This document shows, in pieces, positions 1 through 11,910 of a stretch of 64,000 nucleotides of DNA. The notes beneath the pieces are model-generated. The model was not told the origin of the DNA. It searched no databases and was given only the letters and a program-made list of their open reading frames with translations. The first letter of the stretch is position 1; each line of letters starts with the position of its first letter. The DNA is taken from NCBI GenBank assembly GCA_030390025.1, contig CM059432.1, positions 79,176,001 through 79,240,000 on the forward strand, read 5' to 3'. The position numbers and the translations under genes were made by a program. The DNA comes from Squalus acanthias. Lineage: Eukaryota.

Positions 1-1119
1 ACTGAAAGACGCCCTCGTAAGAACGGGATATGACGCTCGACTCGTCGATCGACAGTTCCGACGGGCCACAGCGAAAAACCGCATAGACCTCCTCAGAAGA
101 CGAACACGGGACACAACCAACAGAGTACCCTACGTCGTCCAGTACTTCCCCGGAGCGGAAAAACTACGCCATGTTCTTCACAGCCTTCAACATGTCATCG
201 ATGACGACGAACACCTTGATAAGGCCATCCCCACGCCTCCACTACTCGCCTTCAAGCAGCCGCCTAACCTCAAAAGTACCATCGTTCGCAGCAGATTACC
301 CATCTTTCAGGAGAACAGCAACCACGACACCACACAACCCTGCCACGGCAACCTCTGCAAGACATGCCAGATCATGGACACAGATACCATCATCACACGT
401 GAGGACACTACCCACCAGGTACATGGTACATACTCATGTGACTCGGCCAACGTTGTCTACCTGATACGTTGCAGTAAAGGATGCCCCAGAGCATGGTACA
501 TCGGCGAGACCATGCAGACACTGAGACAACGTATGAACGGACACCGCGCAACAATCGCCAGGCAGGAGGGTTGCCTCCCAGTCGGGGAACACTTCAGCAG
601 TCAGGGGCATTCAGCCTCGGATCTGCGGGTAAGCGTTCTCCAAGGCGGCCTTTGGGATACACGACAGCGCAAAATCATAGAGCAGAAACTGATAGCCAAG
701 TTCCGCACTCATGAGGATGGCCTCAATCGCGATATCGGGTTCATGTCACGATACAGAACGTGACTTGACATCATGGCCGGTCTTTCCAGGTTTTAAAAAA
801 AAAACTAACACAAGAACCAAACACAAATGGAGAGGATATGCAGCCAGCAGGTGTTTTGACACGTTGGACCCCCTGGGACACATCTCATTGTCTTGGCTGT
901 GCTCTTAGTGTGTCTTTGATGTAGGGAAAGATTTGAATACATTTTTTCTGTGTTTATATTGTGAATTCTGGGAGATTCTCTCACAGCTACCCTACCTGAA
1001 GAAGGAGCGACAGCTCCGAAAGCTTGTAATTTTAAATAAATCTGTTGGACTATAACCTGGTGTTGTGCGACTTCTCATTTTTGTCCACCCCAGTCCAACG
1101 CCGGCATCTCCACATCATG
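1..1119 (+). mobile_element. Penelope-like retroelement, 3' part: RT C-terminus, Cys linker, GIY-YIG endonuclease, pseudo-LTR
   Basis: Frame 2..763 is open with PCHGNLCKTC, NVVYLIRC..WYIGET..LRQRMNGH and GLN motifs. CpGs are well retained. The 3' region has a hammerhead motif and AATAAA. Confidence 0.92.
993..1028 (+). ncRNA. Minimal type I hammerhead ribozyme motif in Penelope pseudo-LTR
   Basis: tac-CTGAAGA-a-ggagc(gaca)gctcc-GAAA-gc-TT-gta: core boxes, 5-bp stem II, 3-bp stem I, palindromic AGCT in place of stem III. Confidence 0.72.
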
Positions 1120-2149
1120 ATAGAAAATAGATTAGTGTATACAGAATATAAATGTAATTGATCATTCCCCAGTATTTTTTTAAAATTCTTGCAGTGCCTC
1201 TCTTGACCTTTGGGGATAAATTAAGCTTTACTGGTGCATGTAATATTAAAGCTGTTATCGTTACATACATCTATTGCATGTTCTGCTATAGATCCAGTCA
1301 GCTCATGTTTGCAATTGATTCAGTCAGCTGAGTGATTGGGAATTTGGGGGGGGGAATTTGGCCTGGGAACATGTAGCTGATAAAGGTAGTGTAATGAATA
1401 GCATTTACTATATATTAGTTTTGCTTTGCCATATCATGTCCTTCACAGATATGAAATTAAAATATCAATTATAATCTATTTTTGTTTTGTGTTCCTCAAG
1501 AGGTTTAGCAATATTAGTGGTATCGAATGGAACACAGACTTTAAATCATTCAAAGGCTGAAATGCCAACTGCAAAGTAAAGCACCCTGTATTCAACTTTA
1601 TTCAACATCTCTACTATGCCGGATTGAATTCTTCCTTTTCTATCCCTGTGACCTTTACTGACATTGCCAGTTTAATGCTCACAGGCAGTTTTTTGAGCTG
1701 TGGTGTGCAGATTGAGATTACCCAACTTAATTTTGAACACTCCAAAACTAACGAGAACAGTAAATACTCCTTCCATTTCCTTTTCTGGCTGTTAATTTTA
1801 ATATTTTGCATAAAAACTTAAATTGGGGACTGATTATTGCTGCCAGATGGAACAAATAACATTTAAAGTGGTTATTGAAATCGCTCTACAAATTTCAAAT
1901 AGCTTATTGTATACTTATTTTTATTTAAATTAACCAAGTTTTAAGTTCTTCTCTTCTGAATTTAAAAAGTAGAAAATCTCATGCCTGCATATATTTTTTT
2001 GCTGCTGTAGCAGGTAAGTAGCTGAAAGAAGTCTGAAGCATTTCATATGGGGAAAATAAGCCAAATTTATTTTGCATAAAATTAGAGTTTACAAAATAGA
2101 CCATGAACATGTTAAATCACATCTAATCATGTTCATCATTACCATGGAA

Positions 2150-2880
2150 CCATTTGCAGTACAGAGGAGGCCATTCAGCCCATCATGCCTGTGCCATCTC
2201 TTTACCAGAGCAGTCCAAAACTAGTTCTACTGTCCCGGGCTCTACCCATAGCCCAGTATCTTACTCTGCTTCAAATATTTATCAAATTGTCCCTTAAGAG
2301 ATGCAACCGTCTCTGCCTCAACCACCCCCTGTGGAAAAGGATTCCATGCTCCAACAGCTCTCTGCATAAATAAATGTCTCCTAACCCTATTCCTCACTCT
2401 TTTGGTTGCAATTGTAAATTGATGACCTCTTGTCACTGACTCTCCAACCAGAGGAAAACCGTTGTCCTAGCTAAAACTGGCTGCTGCATTTCCCTACACT
2501 ACAACAGTGACTACACGTCAAAAGTACTTCTGTAAAGCATTTTCATCTGTCATGAAAGGTGTGGCATAAATGCAATTTTTTTTTCTTTCTTTTCCTTAAT
2601 AAAACCCTTAATAATTAAATCTGCTCTTAGTTTTTTTTCTCCTCCAGTGGAAATAGTTCTAGTATTTCAAGTCTTTTCTCATGATTATATTTTCCCATCC
2701 TTGGTATCACCCTGGTGAATCTACGTTTTATGCTCTCTATGGTTATCATGTACTTTCAATAATGAAATGTACAAAACTATACACAGTACTCTTAACCGGG
2801 GCCTAACCATTACCTTGTACAGCTTTATCATGATTTCTTTATTCTTGTACTCTTAGCCATAATTCATAAAATTCAGTGGC
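2150..2880 (-). mobile_element. Degraded CR1 3' fragment interrupted by a SINE tail (~2470-2580)
   Basis: Minus ORF TRGHQF..RRHLFMQRAVGAWN..QGVVEA resembles the CR1 ORF2 C-terminus. Confidence 0.7.
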
Positions 2881-2915
2881 ATTTTGGGTTTAATAAATAG
2901 GGGCTTAGAGTACAA

Positions 2916-3771
2916 GGGGGAAAAATTCAGTTGGTTGCGCTAATGGGGCACAAAGCATCTAGCGCCCAGGCGCGGCGATGTTTGCGCCGCTTGCGAAATT
3001 AACTAGACATTTTGCGGCGGCGCTAAACACTACCGCCACGATCTCCTGCGCCGGCAGTTCGTGACGTCAGTCGAGTGAGCAACGCCCCGGTATCGTCCCG
3101 GAGCAGATATTGAGTGGCTAGCAACGACAGGTTGAGGGGCGCGTTTTGCAGTCATGAAGGGACTGGGGGAGCGCTATTTAAAGGTGAGCGCTATTTAAAG
3201 GCGACCGCTTCCTACCTTTTATTGTTGGTGCCATTTTTGAACCACGCATTCTGAGAGAGAGAGAGACTTCTGGAGAGATTCAACGCTGTCTGAAGGAGTT
3301 TTGGGTACTGAGCAGCACTTTGCAGGTTCATTTTGATTTGCCCTTCCTTGTATCGATTTAGAAGAGACTGTGGGGGCTGCACTCTGAGCTCTTTCCCTGG
3401 TACTCTTCATTGTTCTTTCCAGCAGATTTGATGTGCAGGTCTCTCCAGGCCGAGATTCAAGGCTGCAATGAGCAGGATGTGGATGGAAAGCAAGATCAAC
3501 CCTCCCCTTTAAGAACTGGCCGGTGCCATTGTGTGTGTGTTCCATTGCTGACTGACATCACATGAGCTTCGCCAGCGCTCTGAGGTAGCGCCTCGCTCCT
3601 CGGCCATTGCGCCTTAAGACAGGTGTGAAGCGCCTGATTTAGCGCTCCAATCACCTCCAGGGGCGATAAAAGTCAAGTTTGCAGTCGGTGGCGATAATTA
3701 GCGGCAGGCGCTAATCTTTGCGCCCGGCCGATAACTGCGCCCCAAATGGAGCGATACTGAATTTCTCCCCC
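2916..3771. mobile_element. Non-autonomous PIF/Harbinger-type TIR element
   Basis: TIR gggggaaaaattcagt / actgaatttctccccc (15/16 match), 3-bp TSD CAA; homologous to 18888-19709. Confidence 0.85.
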
Positions 3772-4804
3772 CAAGAGTTTAAAGTTCAATTGTACATCTA
3801 TTTTACGCATCCCTTGCTAAAATTTCATCTGTGATTTTATTGGTTCGGCTATTCCAGGCAGCTGTGTTACTTTTGAGTACTTGCTGCAAGAGCAAATGCA
3901 TTAGCTGTGATAAAATTAATTTTAATACAGCAAAAAAGGCTTACTGTAGGATATTGTGTAAAAGGGAGAAAAATCAACCTAATGAAAATTTCTCTGGTCC
4001 ATATACATTACATTAAATTTAATGAAATAACCTAAAGAATTGTGATTAGCATACAGAATTACTGCAATACTGATTTACCTTGTCACATATGCAAAATTCT
4101 CTTGAAGCAGTCGGTGGTGAGTCACATCCTTTATTTTGGAAGTAAAGAGAGTAACTGACACAGCTTTGTGAAAAAACCTCTGTTACATAATACTGAACAT
4201 TACAGCTTTTCTTTCATCATATCCCCCAACCCCTTGATGTTGGCATAATAAAGGAAGTATGCTCACTAATATCCTGTTTGAGCAGAAAAGCACTTTCCTT
4301 GGTCAGTGAGATTGCTGTAGCTTTACTTATTCTGCTGATTGAAGCTCTTTGTATAGAAGGTTGTTAGATTTCTTTCATTTCAGAGATCTGTTTTATGCAG
4401 GGTTTTGCTCTGTGTAACTGTTAATGGTCTAGATTTTCTGTTTATTTCATTAATGAAAAAGGGTTCTTCTATTGTGGTAAGTGTTTTTTGTTCCTGTTTC
4501 ATATGAAGTCTCTTAATTAACCCTATCCTGATGTGATTGTGGCCTGAAGAGTTTCGGGTTTAAATTTGGTAGAGGAAATCAGAGGAACCATATAATGTAA
4601 CTGTTCATTTAAGGTCGCTTTTAATATATTTTAATAGGATATGTAAAGTGAATGTAACTCGAATAAAGAATTATGCTCTACTATTGTGCTGTAATTCAGT
4701 CATTGATTAGTTATTTGGCACTAGCATATTGCAACATGTTTGAGGCTGGAGAAATATTGGACAAAACTGTTCAAGAATGCTAGGCAGCTAAGTGACTAAT
4801 TTAA

Positions 4805-7240
4805 CAACAATGACTTGCTTTCATATAACATAGAAAAACCTCCCAAAACACTTCACAGAGCTGTAATCAAAAAATGGATGCAAAAAGAAAGTATCAGATA
4901 TTGGGAGGAGTGATCAAAAACTTGTGGTCAAAGAGATGGGTTTTAAGAGGACTTTAAAGGAAAACAGTGAGTTCGAGAGACTGAAGAGCTTTGGGGTGGG
5001 CGGTGCGCCCAGAATGTGGGGCCTGTGCAGCTGAAGGCACAGCCACCAATGATGGGACAAAGGGTGGGGGTTGATGCACAAGAGGCCAGAGTCAGAGGAA
5101 TGGAGAGTTCGAGGGGGTGAGAGTGAGGATTGTAGGGCAGGAAGAGGTTACAGAGAAGGGGAGGAGCCAGGCCATGAAACAATTTAAACAAGAGGATGAG
5201 AATTGGGGAGGGGCGAGGCCATGGAGGGCATTTGAAAACCAGGCTGAGCGTTTTAAAATTGATGTTTTGCTAGACCCCGCGGGAGCCAGTGTACATCAGT
5301 GAGCATGGTGGTAATGGGTGAACGGTACTTGGTGCGAGTTGGGATACTGGCAACAGAGTTTTGGATGAGCTCAAGGTTTCCACGGTTGTGAAGAGTCTGT
5401 TGCCTGGGGAAGGAATCTGTGCCAATGATCGAGTTTGTGGTAGGTGCCGAAAATGATGACCCGGATTTTGCGGTCGGTGGCATAATTCAGGATTACGCCG
5501 TCTGCATCCGAAACTAATGCGCACTTACCTGTTGCAAGGCCCCAAACGAAAAGTTGCTGTCAAACGCTGCAGAGTTGAGCGCAGTGTAGTGGCCCACGGA
5601 TCCCAAGGGCGCACCATGTGCATAAGTGTACCTGGGATCACGTGGGGTGGTGCTCCAATCAGGAAACAGAAGGTCTCTCATTCTCCCCCACTAGATACTG
5701 TGGTATTTTCTAGGGCGAATATAGCAGCTAATGTTGATAAAAGTTTTTATGCATTTTGTACCATGAAAGGTCACCTGAAGGTACAGTGAGGGAAGTAAGG
5801 AAAGTGTATTTTTGATTTTTTAATTTGCAAAACTGTCAATTCCCCAAACAGTCTCTCACTATACCCAGTATGGATTTACATTCCTTTTCATATATATTTA
5901 AACAAAAAAGCATCAGATGAAGATTTTTTTTATTGACGGGTATCCCCTTACGCTGTGCAAACAGGCTGCTGCGCCTGTTTGCAACAGCAGTAAAATTTTC
6001 ATGCGTAATTGCTGGCCAGTTGGTGGACAGTTAGCTCAACTCTGTGCCAGCAATTAGGATTTCAATGTCGGAGTGGATGATCTGTCAAGTCAGAACTTGA
6101 CAGATCGCAAGTTCGGGATTTAGCGCATGCAGAAATTCCAAACTTGCTATCCATTTCAAAGGCGGTATGACTGCTTACTCTGAGAGTACGCAGTCATGCC
6201 GACTGCAAATTCTGCCCCAATGGTTTTAGTGTTTAGCTGGAGGGGTCGAGAGAGGTGATGGAAAGATTGAGCTGCATTTCGTCAGTGTATGTGTGGAAGC
6301 TGACCTCATCTGTGGATGATGTCAGCAAGAGGCAGCGTGTAGGGTGAGGAAGAGGAGGGGGCTAAGGATAGATCCTTGAGGTAACTCCGGAGGTAACCGT
6401 GCAGGAGTGGGAAGGGAAGGCATTGTTGGAGATGCTCTGGCTACAATTGGATAGGTAAAATTGAACTGAGGGCAGTTCCACCAAGCTGGACAGTGGAGGA
6501 GAGGTATTGGAAGAGGATGGTGCAATCGACTGCGTCAGAGGTTGCAGAGAGATCGAGGACTAGGAAGAGGAATTATGTACCACAGTCACATTCAACAGGC
6601 GATGTTGTTTGTGACTGGTTAAGGCCACTTTGATGCTATGGCAGGGGTAGCAACCTGATTGGAGAGATTCAAAAATGGAGTGGCGGGGGGGGTGGAAATG
6701 GGCATAGATTTAGGAAGTGATCATACGTTCACGAACTTTGGAGAGGAAAGCGATATTGGAGAATAGGCCCTAGTTTGCAAGAACAAAGGTTTAAGGCTGT
6801 TCATTTTTAAGGAGGAGGATGTTGGCTGGTTTGAAAGGGAAGGGAACAGTACCTGAGGAGAGGGAACCATTTACAATGTCAGCTAGCATAATGGGTCAAG
6901 AAAGGAAGTTGGTTGTCAGCGGTTTAGTGGAATCGGGTCCAGGGTGCAGGAGGTGATCTTGTGGACAAGGTAAGCTTGGAGAAAGTATAGGGAGAGAAGC
7001 TAGAGGGAGATGCAGATTTAGGACTAGTGTGGGGAGGGAGCCTGGGGGGAGGCGTTGCTTCGTGGGCAAAGAAAAGATGGGAGAAGCTGCAGACGCAGCT
7101 GAGCAGATGGTCTCAAATCTTGATGACAACAAAGTCCATGAGCTCCTTGCACTTATTGGAGGTGAGGGTATGGGACATGGGGCAGGAGAGAGAGGTTTAA
7201 GGAGACGGCTGTTGGTGGAGAAAAGAAGCTGGGGGGTTGG
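4805..7240 (-). mobile_element. Degraded L2 LINE, split by a TIR element at 5458-6218
   Basis: Minus-strand remnants PQGSILSPLLF and LELIQNSVA..ITTMLTDVHWLP, plus an L2-type 3' tail. Confidence 0.72.
5458..6218. mobile_element. Harbinger-like non-autonomous TIR element
   Basis: Imperfect TIR ggattttgcggtcgg / ccgactgcaaattc; L2 sequence continues on both sides. Confidence 0.65.
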
Positions 7241-8591
7241 AAGATTCCCTAATTAGAGTGAAATTATAAACTGGTTCTTTAAAAATGCATGTAGGATTTT
7301 ACAAATGATAAGGCATGAAAGAAACCATTTAATGTAGCTGAGAGGTCTGGACTAATTCAATAGTCAGTTAAGGCGAACCATGTGGTAATACCGATTCATC
7401 TGGCATAATTAGCTGTCTGAATTGGTATTTTCTAATTTATTTTACAATAAAACTGCTGTGTAGATGGTGCATCAAACTTTTTGCTACAGGAAAAAAAGAC
7501 ATGTTGTAGATTACAAGCTACATTTACAAACTGCTTTCAGTAAGAGAATGGATGTCATTTTTCACAAAATCAAAATAATGCTGTTCTCTGATTCGTGCTG
7601 TAAACACCTGATGATAATTCTGCCCAAGTTATTTGGATGCTACCTGAACAAAGGAAGAAAGTGGTAATTATAATGCCCTAAAACCTATTGAAATGTGTCA
7701 GACTGGAATCCCTGCCCTAACTGTTGTGCTCTATTTTGCACACGGCTTGTGGGAAAACAAAACTTACCACATTATGAAGAACCTTTTGGGGGAGGGTGTT
7801 CAGGGAGAAACGTTCTACTAACATTCATGAACCACTTGCGTATTACTCTAGGTCTGTGATGCCACCATCAGAACTATTCGAATTGTCACCTTTACATTAA
7901 AAAGAGCAATGAAAACCTGTATTTATATCACCTCACTTTCCCTCAAAAACATAGGTACGATCACTGAGTGAGGTGAGGGAGAATGATGTGAAATTGTTCC
8001 CTCCCTTTCACTGCACTCCCAGCACACTTTTTTGGCATGGGTTGTCCCCCTCCAAATCCTGGAGTCCCACTGATGTCCCCACCAACTATATTTTCACCTC
8101 TGCTTGGAAACCCTCCCCCAGGACATAGTAATTTTCTATTTTGATTCATCAAAAAGCAGTTACATTTCTCCAACAGTTCATGTGTACAAAGCTGAAGCTT
8201 TTCATGTGATTTGCTATATGCAGTTGGTATGCTTCAAGCTTTCTGTTACAATTTGATGCTAATAGAATACTTGTGAGCTCCCTCTGTATTCAAAAAATGA
8301 ATGACTGTCAGGAATAACAACAGCACAATGTACTGGCAAGTTTCCTCAGTTAAGTGATTTTTAAAATCCATGGGTGGGCAACTGAGTATTTTTGCCACAT
8401 CAGAGGGTGCTGGAACCTTGGCAGAGTCTCATCATTGCATTGCCAATAGTCTGTTTGAAGTTGGTCTGTCTTTTTGCTCCATGCCTTGAATGGAGAGTAT
8501 TCTGTGTGTAGATAATAAATATATATTATCAATGGGCAGAGGGGAAAGTTTGATACAAAATTTATTCAGGTAGATTTTTATGAAGTTTAGC

Positions 8592-9106
8592 TGCTCTCGA
8601 GGCAGTACAAAGAAGGTTCACTCGGTTAATTCCGGGGATGAGGGGGTGGACATACGAGGAGAGGTTGAGTAGATTGGGACTCTACTCATTGGAGTTCAGA
8701 AGAATGAGAGGCGATCTTATTGAAACATATAAGATTGTGAAGGGGCTTGATCGGGTGGACGCGGTGAGGATGTTCCCAATGATGGGTGAAACTAGAACTA
8801 GGGGACATAATCTTAGAATAAGGGGCTGCTCTTTCAAAACTGAGATGAGGAGAAACTTTTTCACTCAGAGGGTAGTGGGTCTGTGGAATTTGCTACCCCA
8901 GGAAGCTGTGGAAGCTACTTCATTAAATAAATTTAAAACAGAAATAGACCGTTTCCTAGAAGTAAAGGGAATTAGGGGTTACGGGGAGCGGGCTGGAAAT
9001 TGGACATGAGTTTTGAGTTCGGATCGGTCAAGGCCCTGTGGGTGGCGGAGCGGGCCCAGGGGCCGAGTGGCCTGGTCCTGCTCCTACTTCTTGTGTTCTT
9101 ATGTTC
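8592..9106 (+). mobile_element. 5'-truncated CR1 LINE (3' end)
   Basis: ORF YEERLSRLGLYSLEFRRMRGDLIETYK..FFTQRVV; 3'UTR ending in (ttcttatg)-type octamer tail. Confidence 0.92.
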
Positions 9107-9280
9107 AACCAATTGTTACAAATATCAGTGAATTTTTGTGCTCTCGCTGCTGATTGCCGCTCCCCGTCTCCTCATTCCTTCCCCCTTCCCAGAGTCAACT
9201 GAAGTTGTGGTATTCCTGTAAAGTGCCTGTTTAGATTTAAAGATTTATTTTCTATCAAAAACTGTAGTATCTCTAGCCCC

Positions 9281-9643
9281 ATGACACAAAATCCACAGAA
9301 GGACATCCTCCTGTATCTATTTTGGTCATGCTTCCACATTCAGCCATTCTGGACAGCAGTCTGGGACATCACTAGGACCATGACCGGCCTAACAATCCCA
9401 GAAGATCTAGCTCCGTGCTTGCTGGGCCTGCCCATTGGAGACAGAGTGCCCTCTGTAATGAGCAGGCTAGCACAACTCTTGCTACTAGCTGCAAGAAGAT
9501 GCATCCACCCTCTGGTGAAGTACAGCCCTTCCACAGCAAACATGAATGATACCTATGAGGAACATATACCATCAGAGCAAGTGATGTTTGGACTCTTGTC
9601 AGGAACTGGGGAAATACCAAGCAGTCTGGGGCTCATTCACTGA
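9281..9643 (+). mobile_element. Degraded L1-clade ORF2 C-terminal fragment
   Basis: LYLFWSC..IQPFW..IP....CLLG..LLLAARRCI resembles the post-zinc-knuckle region of fish/amphibian L1 ORF2. Confidence 0.6.
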
Positions 9644-11444
9644 ACACGAACTGCGCCCCAACACAGCAGCCCACCCACTGGCTGTGAAGGGCAATGACTC
9701 CAATGGATATGAGCACTAGCATGCTGGGACTCTTCCCCTTTCCCCAGGCCTAACTAACCTCAGATACCAAGATCAAATAAGCCACTTCAACCACCTCACC
9801 TGCTGTGCTCTCAGTGTAATTACAGTCATGCCAAGAAAATTGGATATGTTAATGCATCCCTCTCCCAAGCACTATATAATCAAAATGTATAATGGCTTTA
9901 TATAAAATATAAGTGAACATACCCTTTCATAAAATCTGTGAATGTACACCTAAATGTACAATGGCGTTGTGTTCGAAACAAGGTCATTGTAGGTTTAAGG
10001 TTTTTTAAAATGGCAAACTCTTGCTAAATTACAGGTTGTATGCTAAACTGACACAGTAAAATAAATTGTTATATATCTTTTCAAGCACTATTTTTACACT
10101 TGACCAATAAATTGAAATGTAAAACAATCATGTTTATTAATGAGCCTTCCTTTGCATTGAACTTCTTGGTGTGCAATACAGTTTTTTGACTGAAATGCAA
10201 ACACATACCTCTTCCAACACTACTCTGTGTCCTGATATCTCGAGTCACTGTCTGAACCAAATAACCACAGTAAAAGCGCTGTTGTTTTGGCTCCAATTAG
10301 TCACACTTCGCAGCACTGGTCACATGCTGCTCCGAATTAACCTTCTAGCATTATGCTGTGTATTTAAATTAATGCCCATTCTCATTGTGCTTGTCTCATT
10401 GTAGCTTCCTTGACAACATGACCATGGAGAACAGAAATTTTACAAAATCTCAAAACAAGGAGTTCTAACTTTCTTTCTAGAAAATATGGTTTCCTCTAAT
10501 GGTTAGTTAGAAATGGACTGTTGCAATTTGCCAGAATTACTGTCAGTGTCCAAAAAGGTTATCAAAATTTAGGGCTGTTTCTTGGTTTAATCCAACAGTA
10601 TAGTTACACCTGCAATAACTTGTCACTATAATGGCATGTGATTCATAGCCAATCTTCCTTTTACTAATACCAAAAGAGAAAGCTCTTATAATTCACTTTG
10701 TATTCAAACACAAGACCACCTTTTGGAGGGAAGGTACTCTACATTTTTAAGCTGTTCCACGGCTACTTTAGCTATGAAGCTTATGGTTGCAGCACTGAAA
10801 CTCCGTTAAGAGGAAATTGCTACAAGATGTTATGCTAAAAGTTGGCAGTCTAGAACCATACTGTTATTGCTGCATTACATCAAGAATATCCCTATCTTTA
10901 GTATCTGTCAACAGTGCTCTAATGCCTGTTTTACATATCCCACTCAACCATTCTCAAACCTCTGCGTTACAAAAATTGAACTCTTTTAATAAAAGCTAGT
11001 ACTTAGTGCGCATGCACAAAGGCACTATACAATTTCTGCACATGAACTGATAATAGTATTAATGTGCAGAAATTATTTGTATAGACTTGAACATTTGTTC
11101 TTTTAAATTTCAAACAGTAACTGTTGAACAGTTAGATGAATCAATTTACTGTTTTTCATATGAATGCATAGTACACAATTATAATTTTTAGTTACCAATT
11201 AAAAATTTAGTTTTTAAGGGACTGAATTGTCCTTCAGTTATGGGATGTGAACTCATACAATCTAGGCTGATTGGATAACTCTCACTTTTATCCAGTGTAC
11301 TTTTGATTGGTTAAAATTTGGTGGTTGCCAGGGCAGATTGCCCAGCCCCCCACCCTGCTGTTCTGTCCTTCACCTGGATGCTGCTGGGACTCTGTTTCCA
11401 CTTGATCTTCTGGAATCTTCTGCTGAGACTGTTCTGCTACTGAA

Positions 11445-11910
11445 TTTCTAAATTTGCCGATGACACCAAACTTGGGGATGTGGCAGACAGTGATGATGAT
11501 ACCAATCGACTGCAACAGGACATAGAAAGGCTAGCAGAATGGGCAGACAAGTGGCAGATGGAATTTAATACAGAGAAGTGTGAGGTGATGCATTTTGGCA
11601 GAAGGAACAGGGAGCGGCAATATACACTTTAAAACTGTGCCATTAAGAGTGTGCAGGGACAGAGGGACCTGGGAGTTAATGTGCATAGGTCTCTGAAGGT
11701 GGCAGGACATATTGAGAGAGTGGTTAACAAAGCATATGGGATCTTGGGCTTCATAAATAGAGGTATTGAGTACAAAACTAGAAAAGTTATGCTGAACCTT
11801 TATAAAGTGCTGGTTAGGCCACAACTGGAGTATTGCGTCCAATTCTGGTCAACACACTTTAGGAAGGATGTGAAGGCCCTTGAGAGGGTGCAGAGGAGAT
11901 TTACCAGAAT
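11445..11910 (+). mobile_element. CR1 (host element), left part
   Basis: FADDT, RDLGV and LVRPQLEYCVQFWS..LERVQRRFTR; breaks at ttaccagaat. Confidence 0.88.
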
